Source: Comamonadaceae bacterium
Lineage (GTDB): Bacteria; Pseudomonadota; Gammaproteobacteria; Burkholderiales; Burkholderiaceae_C
DNA: 64,000 bases
Direction: 5' to 3'
NCBI GenBank assembly: GCA_947442105.1
Contig: CANEVH010000017.1
Coordinates: 2,548 to 66,547, forward strand
Shown here one piece after another: positions 35,901-45,338 of this stretch. The position numbers and the translations under genes are program-made. Numbering within the stretch: the stretch's first letter is position 1; each line of letters begins with the position of its first letter. Below the pieces are notes generated by a model. That model made no database searches. It saw nothing but the letters and a program-made list of their open reading frames with translations, and was not told the origin of the DNA.

Positions 35901-37955
35901 CTACAGGTAGCGTGCTGAAGACATTTCTACTAATGTGCTGCTAGAACTCGAATCTAGGTTCAACCCGCTATTGTTCATCGTGCTTGGCACACCTGTGAGG
36001 TCGATTGGCATTGAGGAGCCGTGGGTTGCGAATGTATTGGTCTGAGAGTCGGTGGACAGGCCAGACCCCTGTGAATTTATTGAACCATGGATGGTTCCAT
36101 TGCCTGTTCCTGTAGAGAAGGCGTGCCCTGCCAAAATATTACCGTAAAGATTAATTGAGCCTGCCATGGTAATGTTGCCCCCAACGTAGTTGTCGGGATC
36201 ATAGGTTCCGACAGTAATCGTACCCGCCGAATTTCCATTCGCCGTGATTGATCCATTGCCATAACTGCCCGCAGCGAAGACATAGCTTCCCACGCCTGCG
36301 GCAGCATTGTTGTTATACATATTGTTATTGACTCCGCAAAAATTCGTCGGGTAATTGGTCACTCCCGAACACATCTTGGTACTTGGAGACCAATTTGGGG
36401 CATAAATCGTAGCGTTTGCGTTTTGGGAGGTGATGCTGCCTGTCGCAACAAAGGTGTTGTAGTAAGTACCGTTATGGATATTCAAGTCACCATTGAACCA
36501 GACGACGCCGCGAAGCAAACTACCATTAGTGTTCACCAACCACTTGTCACTCGTGCTTCCCGACCCACCCGAAGCGGTGGAACGACTTATGCATGCTGAA
36601 TTGTCTGTGCACAAATTCACATCGCTTCCCGGAAGGCGGATCGTTGTGCCATTGTCCACCCGGTAATCACCATCCGGTATACCGTTAACACTTACAACCT
36701 TGACACGGATCACGGTACTTGCATAGTAGAAACTGTAGTTTGCGAGAGTACCGAACTGCCAAGCATTAAAGGGGGTTTCTGAGGATTGCACAACAGCGCT
36801 GACTTCCGGGATTGTCGGCTTGGTGCCGTTGACACTTGTTACAGTGACGAACCCACCGTTATCGCCGCCCACTGTGCCTCGTGTTACCGAGCCCCCCCCA
36901 TTCACGGCAACAAGATTTCCACCGGCTGTAAGCGAAACGATCGTGCCCTTGAGGTACACGTTTGTCAGCGACAGCACAGTATTGACCCTCGCGTAATTTT
37001 TACTCAAATCTACGCCGATGTAATCCGGTGTCTCGCAAGTTGCTGCTAATCCAGTCGAGCTATTGCCTGCAAACCCTGTGCTTTGGCAATTGTGAGGAGC
37101 ACTGGTAAGCCCACTGACATCGTCACTGCGCGCGCGCAGCTCGTTGTTGTTAGCAGTACCCACTTGAATCGCGCCGTTTGCAGTGGCCACGCCCGTCACA
37201 TGGGAACTGCTAGTGCTACCGAAGCAAATATTACGCAACGCATTGATGGTGGTGGCATACGCCCCACCAGACAAATTCACATCACAGTTGGAGTTCAATG
37301 TGGTAAAGCTACCGCCTCCGGCAATATTTATAGTACCTAAAGCATTGATTGTTTTAATGCCCGTCTGTTGGTAGTTCGGCGCGAAGACATCACCCCCGAT
37401 GTTGTACACCGCGTCGTTATTGGGGGTAGTAACCTGCACATTTCCCGCAAGTTGGAAGTTCAGTCCCTTACCGGTGCTAAAAACCCCAGTGGGTGCAATG
37501 GCTGTAGTGCCCGGAATCACGGTGTAATTGACCTGCAAGGTGGCCGTAGCCATAGCTCTATCGATGGTTGACGCCGTGGTACCGGTCACCTGGGCCACAA
37601 AGTTGGTAGCGGTGGAGGTGTTCATTAAGCGCGCGCCCATGGTGTCTGCGCCGGTAGAAAAGGTCAGCGCCGTGCCGGTTGCTGAGCCTGCCTGCACGCT
37701 GGCCAGCAGCGTGGCGCGCTGCGTGCTGGTCAGTCCTGCAAGGTACTGGCGCACCAGCTCTGCGGCGGTCCAGGCATTCATCTGCGCCTGGGTTTGGGCG
37801 TGCACCGTCAGGCTTTGGTCTTGGCTGGTGCGCACGTACTGCATGACCGCAAAGGTGCTGGCCACCACCGCCATGCCCACCAGCAGCGCCATGAGCACGG
37901 TGGCCACGCCGCGCTGGCGCAGGCGCTGCATACCGGGTGGGAGGTAGAGTGTCAT
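35901..37955 (-). CDS. PilX_N-type pseudopilin N-terminus fused to a large Gly/Asn/Thr/Ser-rich, cysteine-paired extracellular domain (putative pilus-associated adhesin)
   Basis: The start is ATG 37955 ([31 protein letters not shown]) and overlaps the upstream stop (ATGA). About 640 aa of beta-rich low-complexity sequence follow, with four closely spaced Cys pairs. Local GC is much lower than in the flanks. Confidence 0.6.
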   Translation of the reverse strand: MTLYLPPGMQRLRQRGVATVLMALLVGMAVVASTFAVMQYVRTSQDQSLTVHAQTQAQMNAWTAAELVRQYLAGLTSTQRATLLASVQAGSATGTALTFSTGADTMGARLMNTSTATNFVAQVTGTTASTIDRAMATATLQVNYTVIPGTTAIAPTGVFSTGKGLNFQLAGNVQVTTPNNDAVYNIGGDVFAPNYQQTGIKTINALGTINIAGGGSFTTLNSNCDVNLSGGAYATTINALRNICFGSTSSSHVTGVATANGAIQVGTANNNELRARSDDVSGLTSAPHNCQSTGFAGNSSTGLAATCETPDYIGVDLSKNYARVNTVLSLTNVYLKGTIVSLTAGGNLVAVNGGGSVTRGTVGGDNGGFVTVTSVNGTKPTIPEVSAVVQSSETPFNAWQFGTLANYSFYYASTVIRVKVVSVNGIPDGDYRVDNGTTIRLPGSDVNLCTDNSACISRSTASGGSGSTSDKWLVNTNGSLLRGVVWFNGDLNIHNGTYYNTFVATGSITSQNANATIYAPNWSPSTKMCSGVTNYPTNFCGVNNNMYNNNAAAGVGSYVFAAGSYGNGSITANGNSAGTITVGTYDPDNYVGGNITMAGSINLYGNILAGHAFSTGTGNGTIHGSINSQGSGLSTDSQTNTFATHGSSMPIDLTGVPSTMNNSGLNLDSSSSSTLVEMSSARYL

Positions 37956-38629
37956 GGTGCCTTGAAGTTGAACAAGCACTGCTGCTCGGTCAGCGGTGCG
38001 CCGCTGCGGTTGGTACTGGACAGGGTCCACACCACATTGCCACTGCTGGCGGTCACACCAAAGGGTTTGCAAGCGGTGCTGGCCACGCTGAAGCGGATGG
38101 CGGTCTGGTCGTAAGCGTTACTGGCCTGGTTGGCCGGACGGTCGGCCCAGCGGGTGGAGGTCCAGCTCAGGCCGCTCCAATCGCTGACGCTGCCCGTGCT
38201 GCAGGCCACGGGGCCCAGAAAAAACAAACCTCCACCGCCGCCATTGGCGGCATTGAACAGCAAACCGGCGCATTGCGCGGTGCCCGTGGTGTTCATGGCC
38301 CAGAGCACCGCATTGCCGCTGGTGCCGGTGGCCACCGTACTTCCACTGAGCGCCGTGTCGTTGAGTGCCGCACCCGAGAGCACCACCAGCTGCGTATCCA
38401 GACTGGCCGAGGCAATGCCATAGCCCGCGTCTTGCACTGCAAGACCCGCGCGCAGCAAAGCGGCCGTGAGCTGCGAGTCAGCCGCAGCGTCCTGCCCGGC
38501 CTGGCCGCCGTAACGGGCACTCACCTTGTACATCGACAGCATGGCAAGCGCCACCACCATAGACAGCAGCAAGCCCACCATGAGGCTGATCAGGGATTCA
38601 CCGCCTTGGCGGCTTCGGGTGGGAGGCAT
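37952..38629 (-). CDS. PilW-like type IV minor pilin
   Basis: The N-terminus is MPPTRSRQGGESLISLMVGLLLSMVVALA, a prepilin-like hydrophobic helix. The start is ATG 38629, or GTG 38635 as in the ORF track. Confidence 0.55.
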   Translation of the reverse strand: MPPTRSRQGGESLISLMVGLLLSMVVALAMLSMYKVSARYGGQAGQDAAADSQLTAALLRAGLAVQDAGYGIASASLDTQLVVLSGAALNDTALSGSTVATGTSGNAVLWAMNTTGTAQCAGLLFNAANGGGGGLFFLGPVACSTGSVSDWSGLSWTSTRWADRPANQASNAYDQTAIRFSVASTACKPFGVTASSGNVVWTLSSTNRSGAPLTEQQCLFNFKAP

Positions 38630-38647
38630 CACCACGCTACGCCCCCG

Positions 38648-39151
38648 CTACCGGCCAAAAGAGACCACGCCATTGCCACCGAAAAGCGCGCTGGCGGTGG
38701 AACCATCGTCCGTAGTGGCCAGGGTGGCGGGGACTTGCAAGCTGGTGGCGGCGTCCTGGCCCGCGCCAGTGAGGGTGGGCGTAACCGTGCTGCAAGCCAG
38801 GGTGTAGGGCACGCTTTGGGTGCTCACAACCGCCCCGGCCGTGCCGCCCGCACTGTTGACATTGTTCAGGCGCAACTCGAAGCTGCCCGCGCCGCTGGTG
38901 CACCAGGCGGCCAGGTCGGCGGGCATGGCCAGCATGCCGCGCATGGCGAGCACGGCCATGGTTTGTGTGCTGTGGTAGCGCTGCGCAGAAAGCGCACGCG
39001 CCGCGCTGTAGGCCATGCCCAAACCCAGCGCCGCACTGAGCACCATGCCCACGGATGCTTCGAGCAGCATGCTGCCGCGTTGGCGTTGGCGTTGGCGGTG
39101 GCGTTGGCGTTGGCCCAGCAGCGCCACCCCTTTGTGACGGAGCAGGCCCAT
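38648..39151 (-). CDS. Type IV minor pilin (PilV-like) with a long basic leader
   Basis: The start is ATG 39151. The leader is MGLLRHKGVALLGQRQRHRQRQRQRG, followed by SMLLEASVGMVLSA (Gly at -1, Glu at +5). Confidence 0.55.
   Translation of the reverse strand: MGLLRHKGVALLGQRQRHRQRQRQRGSMLLEASVGMVLSAALGLGMAYSAARALSAQRYHSTQTMAVLAMRGMLAMPADLAAWCTSGAGSFELRLNNVNSAGGTAGAVVSTQSVPYTLACSTVTPTLTGAGQDAATSLQVPATLATTDDGSTASALFGGNGVVSFGR
39077..39112. repeat. Hexanucleotide tandem repeat (GCGTTG)x6 with one GCGGTG variant
   Basis: Read directly from the sequence. It is in frame on the minus strand and encodes QRQRHRQRQRQR inside the prepilin leader of the gene at 38648-39151. Confidence 0.9.
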
Positions 39152-39158
39152 GGCGCGC

Positions 39159-39656
39159 TCAGAGCAAGGAACCAGTGGCGTCATTGGCAGACACTCCTCT
39201 CACCAAGGTGTAGCTCGGTACCGTGCCCGTGGTCGGCACGCCCCGGTTGTTCAGGCCCACGGTGGCACTGCTGCTGGCCGTCACGCTGGAGCCGCCCAGA
39301 GTGAGCGCAACCGCCGACGGAAAGTCTGCCGACCACAGCTTGTTGGAGCCGCTGCTGGCACAGTCGGCGAGGCTGGGGTCGCCCTTGCACACATAGACCG
39401 TGCTAAAGGTCGCGCCAATGACCACCTTGATGCCTGCGGCGGCTTGGTTGCTTTGCGCTGCGTTGGGGTTGCGCAGCGCCAAGGCCTTGGCCAGCCCGTA
39501 GCCCGCAAGCAGCTTGCTTTGCGCGTCTTTCACTTGGCTGCTGTAGATCCAGTCTGTCAGAAACGGTGCACACGCCAGCAGCAAAAACGACATGATGCTC
39601 AGGGTAATCATCAATTCAACCAGGGTGTATGCCTGTTGCAGGCTCCGGGACCTCAT
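39159..39656 (-). CDS. GspH/FimT-like pseudopilin
   Basis: The start is ATG 39656. The N-terminus MRSRSLQQAYTLVELMITLSIMSFLL has Glu at +5 after an Ala at -1. Confidence 0.6.
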   Translation of the reverse strand: MRSRSLQQAYTLVELMITLSIMSFLLLACAPFLTDWIYSSQVKDAQSKLLAGYGLAKALALRNPNAAQSNQAAAGIKVVIGATFSTVYVCKGDPSLADCASSGSNKLWSADFPSAVALTLGGSSVTASSSATVGLNNRGVPTTGTVPSYTLVRGVSANDATGSLL

Positions 39657-39667
39657 CGCCTGGGGCC

Positions 39668-40141
39668 TTACCACGATGTAAATCCGCAGGCACCGCTGGC
39701 TGGCGCGCTGCGCACGTTGGCATGGGTCAGGGTCAAGATACAACTGCTGCTCATAGCGCCCGTACCCACCGCCCGGACGGTAAATGTGGAACTCGTGCTG
39801 ATGACGGAATAGGTGAAGTAGCTGGCCTGCGAGGGCGTCCACGAGGTGAAATTGGTAGCGCCCCCGGCGATGGTGGTGTAGGCGCTGTACACCGGGTAGC
39901 TCAGGGTTTTTTGGAAGGTGTTTTCCATGGCCAGGGCCATGCCCACCAGGTCCGAGGTCGCGGCCTGTGCCCGGCTTTTGGTCACATAGCTTTTGTACGA
40001 GGGCAAGGCGATTGAGGCCAAGATTGCGACGATCGCGACGACGATCATCATCTCGATCAGGGTCAGCCCCGCAAAAGCGCGCCGTGTGGCAGCGGTCGCC
40101 AGTGGCCGCTTTAGAACAATTTTTGTAAAACCAAAAGACAT
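39668..40141 (-). CDS. Type IV pilin (PilE/PilA-like)
   Basis: The class III signal is ...RRAFAG/LTLIEMMIVVAIVAILASIALPSY with a 25 aa leader. C-terminal Cys residues are consistent with a disulfide-bonded loop. Confidence 0.8.
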   Translation of the reverse strand: MSFGFTKIVLKRPLATAATRRAFAGLTLIEMMIVVAIVAILASIALPSYKSYVTKSRAQAATSDLVGMALAMENTFQKTLSYPVYSAYTTIAGGATNFTSWTPSQASYFTYSVISTSSTFTVRAVGTGAMSSSCILTLTHANVRSAPASGACGFTSW

Positions 40142-40319
40142 GCGCCTATTTTAACACATGTTTTGTATTTAGCAATTAAAATGTAAATAATGTTTTAAAC
40201 ATTTTATTCGTGATGCTGCATGTACAAGGCCTTTGGACAGACCTCCGGCGGTTTGCGGTGGATAAGATGCATCGCCCGTTAACTTTTACGAGTGGCGGCG
40301 CTGCGCGCCATCATGAAAG

Positions 40320-41417
40320 TTAGTGGCGAGGTGTGGGCTTGGCCGCAGCGCTGCCCGTTGCGCACAAACGGCACAGGTGCTGCGCCAGCCGGTGCAGCGC
40401 TTGCCAGCCGCTGGCGGGCCAGTCGGGCTGCTTGAGGCCTTTGACAATGCCGTCCACCACCTGGGCTGACTGCAGCAAGTCGGCCAGCGTGGCGGCGCTC
40501 AGGCGCGGCAGCACGCGCTCGAACAGGCGCTCTTTGGTGCCCCAAATGCGGTTTTCGCGCAGCGCCATGGGCAGCGGGCGGCCCTGGCCCATGGCGTCTT
40601 TCACGCGCTTGAGCGCCCGAATGTCCTCAGCCAGCGTGTAATGCACCAGCACCTCGGCCTCGCCCTCGGCTTGCAGGCCGTCAAGCATGCGCTGCACCCG
40701 CAAGGCCTGACCGGCCAGCACCGCCTCAGACAGCTTGAACACGTCGTAGCGCGCCACATTGAGCACCGCGCTTTCCACCTGCGCTAGCGTCAAGACCCCG
40801 GCGTTTTCGGCGCTGGGCGGGAACAACAAGCCCAGTTTCTGGATTTCTTGGTGGGCAGCGAGCAAATTGCCCTCCACCCGGTCGGCAAAAAATTGCAGCG
40901 TGTGCTGGCCCTCCTCGCCTGCGGCCACGCGCTGGCCCTGCGCGGCCAGGCGCTGGGCAATCCACTGCGGCAGCGCGGCGCGCTCCACCGGCTCCACCTG
41001 CACGCTGATGCCATGGTTTTCCAAGGCCATAAACCAGGCCGTGGACTTGGTCGCCTTGTCCAGGCGCGGCAAGAGCACGATGGTCAGCGTGCTGTCATTG
41101 CCCTGCGCTTGTTCGGCCAGTTGCTGCAAGGCGGCGCTGCCTTCCTTGCCGGGCTTCCCGCTAGGGATGCGGATTTCGATGATTTGCTTGTCGGCAAACA
41201 GGCTCAGGCTGCCTGCTGCGGCCAGCACCTCGCTCCAGTCAAAGTGTGCTCCGGCCACGGTGTGAGCGCTGCGCTCGCCAAAGCCCTGGGCGCGGGCGTG
41301 GGCGCGCAAGGTGTCCAGCGCTTCAAGCTGGAGCAGCGGCTCGTCGCCGTGCAGGGTGTACAGGCTTTTGAGCCCGCGTTCCAGGTGCCGGGCCAGCTGC
41401 GCGGGGGCAATTTGCAT
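40320..41417 (-). CDS. holA: DNA polymerase III subunit delta
   Basis: The start is ATG 41417 (MQIAPAQLARHL...LYTLHGDEPLL). Its position downstream of lptE-leuS is the conserved synteny. Confidence 0.85.
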   Translation of the reverse strand: MQIAPAQLARHLERGLKSLYTLHGDEPLLQLEALDTLRAHARAQGFGERSAHTVAGAHFDWSEVLAAAGSLSLFADKQIIEIRIPSGKPGKEGSAALQQLAEQAQGNDSTLTIVLLPRLDKATKSTAWFMALENHGISVQVEPVERAALPQWIAQRLAAQGQRVAAGEEGQHTLQFFADRVEGNLLAAHQEIQKLGLLFPPSAENAGVLTLAQVESAVLNVARYDVFKLSEAVLAGQALRVQRMLDGLQAEGEAEVLVHYTLAEDIRALKRVKDAMGQGRPLPMALRENRIWGTKERLFERVLPRLSAATLADLLQSAQVVDGIVKGLKQPDWPASGWQALHRLAQHLCRLCATGSAAAKPTPRH

Positions 41418-41430
41418 GGCGGCGTGTAGC

Positions 41431-42015
41431 CTAGGGCGCGAGCGACTTGACGGCGGCCAGGCGGCGCACCAGCTGCTGCACGATGTCGGTTTGCATGTCG
41501 CGGTACAGCAGCACCTCTTCGGCCTCTTTGGCCAGCACTGCGGTTTCGTTAAAGCTGATGTCGCGCTGCAAGGCGATTTCGGTGGGTGCAATCAGCTCTG
41601 CCCCGGCGGGGGTGCGCAGGCGAAACTTCACCCGCAGGCGCAACTGGAACTCCCGCACCTGGCCCGAAGCATTCACGCCCACCACAGTTTTTTCGCGCGC
41701 CTCTTGCAAGATGTCCACCACCGCGTCTGGGGGCGACTCGCCCGTGGGCGGCACCAGCGGGCGCACGCGCTCACCCAAATAGCGGTTCAGCTCAGCCGCC
41801 ACGCCCGCGCCACGCTCGGGGGTGACGGCCACGGTGTCGAACGCAAAGTTTTGGCTGCTGCGCAGCGCAAAGCCGCAGCCTTGCAAGCCCAATACCAAAA
41901 CCAGCACCAGCGCCACGCCCCAAAGTGGCAGGCCGCCAAGCAGCACGCCCCGGCGAACCGTGCCCAGTGTGGCGGCGCAGGGGCTTAAGGACGAGCGGGG
42001 CGAGAGGTGTTGCAT
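41431..42015 (-). CDS. lptE: LPS assembly lipoprotein LptE
   Basis: A lipobox LGLQGC is present. The gene sits between leuS and holA, as in many proteobacteria. I used ATG 42015 (TTG 42033 in the ORF track). Confidence 0.75.
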   Translation of the reverse strand: MQHLSPRSSLSPCAATLGTVRRGVLLGGLPLWGVALVLVLVLGLQGCGFALRSSQNFAFDTVAVTPERGAGVAAELNRYLGERVRPLVPPTGESPPDAVVDILQEAREKTVVGVNASGQVREFQLRLRVKFRLRTPAGAELIAPTEIALQRDISFNETAVLAKEAEEVLLYRDMQTDIVQQLVRRLAAVKSLAP

Positions 42016-42034
42016 GGATTGGCGCCGCTTCAAT

Positions 42035-44824
42035 CTACAGAACCACGTTTACCAAGCGCCCCGGCACCACGATCACTTTCTTGGGCACCGCCCCGGCCGC
42101 AAAGGCCAACAGCGCGGGGCTTGCCAGCGCCAGCGCCTCAATGGCTTCTTTGGTGGCCCCCGAGGGCACAACCACTGCGCCGCGCAGCTTGCCATTGATT
42201 TGCAGCACCAGCTCTATCTCGTCTTGCACCAAGGCCGCCGGGTCCACCTGCGGCCAGGGCGCGTCGAGCAAATCGCCGACCGCGCCCGCAAAACCCAGCT
42301 CAGCCCAGAGCGCGTGGGCAATGTGCGGGCAGGCGGGGTACAGCAGGCGCAGCAGCAGCGACGCGCCTTCGCAGCGCAAGGCAGCATCGCCCTCGCTGGC
42401 GTCAAAGGCAAAATCATCCAGCGCATTGAGCAGCTTCATGCAGCCGGACACCACGGTGTTGTATTGCATGCGCTCGTAGTCATAGCTCACTTGTTTGAGC
42501 ACCACGTGCATTTCCCGGCGCAGCTTTTTGCCCTCGGCGCGCAGTGGAGCATTGCTCAGGTCGCGTGCCGTGGCGGCGCGCAGCGCGTCCGCGTGCTTGT
42601 AGCCAAAGTTCCACACCCGGCGCAAAAAGCGGTAGCTGCCCTCCACGCCGGCGTCGTTCCACTCCAGCGTGGCCTCGGGCGGGGCGGTGAACATGGTGTA
42701 CAGGCGCGCGGTGTCGGCGCCGTATTTGCCAATCAGGTCCTGCGGGTCCACGCCGTTGTTTTTGGACTTGGACATGGTGCCCACGCCCTCGTAGTCAATC
42801 GCTGTGCCCACCGGCAAGTCGCCCAAAGCCTTGACCAGGCGCGCACCCACCACCTTGCCCGCTTCGTCATGCACATGCTCCACGTCCTGCGGCCAGAAAT
42901 ACTCTTTGGCGCCCTTGTCGGTGCGCCGGGAGTAAATGTGGTTCAGCACCATGCCTTGGGTGAGCAGCTTGGTAAACGGCTCGTCGATGGTGACCAGCCC
43001 CAGGTCACGCATCACCTTGGTCCAAAAGCGGGCGTACAGCAGGTGCAATATGGCGTGTTCAATGCCGCCTATGTACTGGTCCATGCCGCTGCCGCCGCTC
43101 TTGTGCGCCTGGTCGCGCATCCAATACGCTGTGCCCTCGCTCACCATCTGTTCGGCGTTGGCCGGGTCGCAGTAGCGCATGAAATACCAGCTGGAATCCA
43201 CAAAGGTGTCCATGGTGTCGGTTTCGCGCCGCGCGGCCACGCCGCACACCGGGCAGGTGACACCAGCATGAAAACCCTCGTGCTTGTGCAGCGGGTTGCC
43301 TGAGCCGTCAGGAATGCAGTCCATGGGCAGCACCACCGGCAGGTCTTTCTCAGGCACCGGCACCGCGCCATGTTCCGGGCAGTGGATGATGGGGATCGGC
43401 GTGCCCCAGTAGCGCTGGCGGCTCACACCCCAGTCACGCAGCCGCCAGGTGGTTTTTTTCTCGCCCAGGCCCAGGGCGGCCAAGTCGGCAGCTACGGCGT
43501 CCACACAGGCTTTGAAGGCCAGGCCATCGTATTTGCCGGAGTTGACGGCCACGCCTGGGCCCTTTTCGGCGTACCAGTCGTGCCACGTCGTCGCGTCAAA
43601 CACCAGCGAAGCGGCATCGGCAGGTGCGCCGGGTGACGATTCCTGCTCGCGGTATGGGGCGCCCGGCGTGCCTGCCGGTGCCGCTGGTGCCACGTCAACG
43701 CCCACCACTTGCCGAATCTCAATGCCGTATTTATTCGCAAACACAAAGTCCCGCTCATCGTGCGCAGGCACGCCCATCACCGCGCCGTCGCCATAGCCCA
43801 TGAGCACGTAGTTGCCCACCCACACCGCCACCGGCGCGCCGGTCAGCGGGTGGCGCACAAACAGGCCGGTGGCCATGCCTTCTTTTTCTTTGACCGCCAG
43901 CTCGGCCTCGGTGGTGCCGCCTTTTTGGCATTCTTCAATAAAGGCTGCGAGTGTGGGGTTGCTGGCAGCGGCGTGCGCGGCCAGCGGGTGCTCGGGCGCC
44001 ACGGCGCAAAAAGTCACGCCCATGATGGTGTCCACCCGGGTGGTGAACACGTACATACGTCCATCGCCAATCAGCGCGCCACTGGCGTCTTGGATGTCGT
44101 GCGGGAAGGCAAAACGCACGCCTTCGCTCTTGCCAATCCAGTTTTCCTGCATTAGCTTGACGCGCTCAGGCCAGCCCGGCAGGCCGGTTTTCACGTGCTC
44201 CAGCAGCTCTTCCGCGTAGTCGGTGATCTTGAGGTAGTAGCCCGGAATCTCGCGCTTTTCCACCAGCGCGCCGGTGCGCCAGCCGCGCCCGTCAATCACC
44301 TGCTCATTGGCCAGCACCGTTTGGTCCACCGGGTCCCAGTTGACGACCTGGGTTTTGCGGTAGGCAATGCCACGCTCCAGCATTTTTAAGAACAGCCACT
44401 GGTTCCATTTGTAATAGGTCGGCTCGCAGGTCGCCACCTCGCGGCTCCAGTCAATCGCCAGGCCCATGGCCTGCATTTGCTGCTTCATGTGGGCAATGTT
44501 TTCGAACGTCCACTTGGCCGGGGGCACGCCGTTTTTCAGCGCCGCGTTTTCGGCGGGCAGGCCAAAAGCGTCCCAGCCCATGGGCATGAGCACGTTATGA
44601 CCGTTCATGCGCAGGTAGCGCGCCAGCATGTCGTTGATGGTGTAGTTGCGCACATGGCCCATGTGCAGCTTGCCGCTGGGGTAGGGCAGCATGGAGCAGG
44701 CGTAGAACTTCGGCTTGGACTGGTCTTCGGTCACCCGGTAGGCCTCGTGGCCATTCCAAAGGGGCTGGGCCCAGTGGTCGCGGGCGGCTTGCTCAATGGC
44801 AGTGTGTTGGTACTTGTCTTGCAT
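42035..44824 (-). CDS. leuS: Leucine--tRNA ligase
   Basis: The 929 aa protein has the HIGH motif (HMGHVRN) and the KMSKS motif (TMSKSKNN). Confidence 0.97.
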   Translation of the reverse strand: MQDKYQHTAIEQAARDHWAQPLWNGHEAYRVTEDQSKPKFYACSMLPYPSGKLHMGHVRNYTINDMLARYLRMNGHNVLMPMGWDAFGLPAENAALKNGVPPAKWTFENIAHMKQQMQAMGLAIDWSREVATCEPTYYKWNQWLFLKMLERGIAYRKTQVVNWDPVDQTVLANEQVIDGRGWRTGALVEKREIPGYYLKITDYAEELLEHVKTGLPGWPERVKLMQENWIGKSEGVRFAFPHDIQDASGALIGDGRMYVFTTRVDTIMGVTFCAVAPEHPLAAHAAASNPTLAAFIEECQKGGTTEAELAVKEKEGMATGLFVRHPLTGAPVAVWVGNYVLMGYGDGAVMGVPAHDERDFVFANKYGIEIRQVVGVDVAPAAPAGTPGAPYREQESSPGAPADAASLVFDATTWHDWYAEKGPGVAVNSGKYDGLAFKACVDAVAADLAALGLGEKKTTWRLRDWGVSRQRYWGTPIPIIHCPEHGAVPVPEKDLPVVLPMDCIPDGSGNPLHKHEGFHAGVTCPVCGVAARRETDTMDTFVDSSWYFMRYCDPANAEQMVSEGTAYWMRDQAHKSGGSGMDQYIGGIEHAILHLLYARFWTKVMRDLGLVTIDEPFTKLLTQGMVLNHIYSRRTDKGAKEYFWPQDVEHVHDEAGKVVGARLVKALGDLPVGTAIDYEGVGTMSKSKNNGVDPQDLIGKYGADTARLYTMFTAPPEATLEWNDAGVEGSYRFLRRVWNFGYKHADALRAATARDLSNAPLRAEGKKLRREMHVVLKQVSYDYERMQYNTVVSGCMKLLNALDDFAFDASEGDAALRCEGASLLLRLLYPACPHIAHALWAELGFAGAVGDLLDAPWPQVDPAALVQDEIELVLQINGKLRGAVVVPSGATKEAIEALALASPALLAFAAGAVPKKVIVVPGRLVNVVL

Positions 44825-44913
44825 TGGGGGTTTGGTGGAAGCTGAATTTCATTTTAGGCGGCGCACCCTGCGCCAAATGGCAGTGCCGCTGCTGGGCAGG
44901 CGGCAATCGCGCC

Positions 44914-45333
44914 TTACTTCGGCTCTTGGGCCACAAAGCCCACGCGGCTCAGGCCTGCGCGGTTGGCCAGAGCCATAAATTCAACCACCCGGCCGTAAGG
45001 CACCTCGGTGTCGGCGCGCAGTTGCACCTCGGTCGTGGCGTCGCGCGCGGCGGCCTCGCGCAAGGCAGCTTCCAAGGCCGCGCCGGCCAGCGGCTTGTCA
45101 CGCAGATAAACCAGCCCGGCTTTGTCAATGGCCACTTCCAGCGTGGGCGTGGCGGCGTCGGCCACGAGCGCGGCGCTGGCCTGAGGCAGTTCCACCCGCA
45201 CCGCGCTCACCATCAGCGGTGCGGTGACCATAAAAATCACCAAGAGCACCAGCATCACGTCGATCAGCGGCGTCATATTGATCTCGGCCATGGGCGCGCT
45301 GCCCGGCGTGCGTTCCATGCGGCCAAAGGACAT
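44914..45333 (-). CDS. exbD: ExbD/TolR family biopolymer transport protein
   Basis: The 139 aa protein has INMTPLIDVMLVLLVIFMV, the typical ExbD/TolR anchor. Confidence 0.88.
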   Translation of the reverse strand: MSFGRMERTPGSAPMAEINMTPLIDVMLVLLVIFMVTAPLMVSAVRVELPQASAALVADAATPTLEVAIDKAGLVYLRDKPLAGAALEAALREAAARDATTEVQLRADTEVPYGRVVEFMALANRAGLSRVGFVAQEPK

Positions 45334-45338
45334 GGCCT

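Noticed and set aside
37937-39304. A 455 aa plus-strand ORF across the minor-pilin genes.
   Set aside because: It is antisense to three genes that carry clear prepilin N-termini, and it has no motifs.
40142-40319. A sigma54 (GG-N10-GC) promoter upstream of the pilin gene.
   Set aside because: I could not find a TGGCAC-N5-TTGC-like element on the coding strand.
41822-43303. A 493 aa plus-strand ORF.
   Set aside because: It is antisense to leuS and lptE. It is a shadow ORF.
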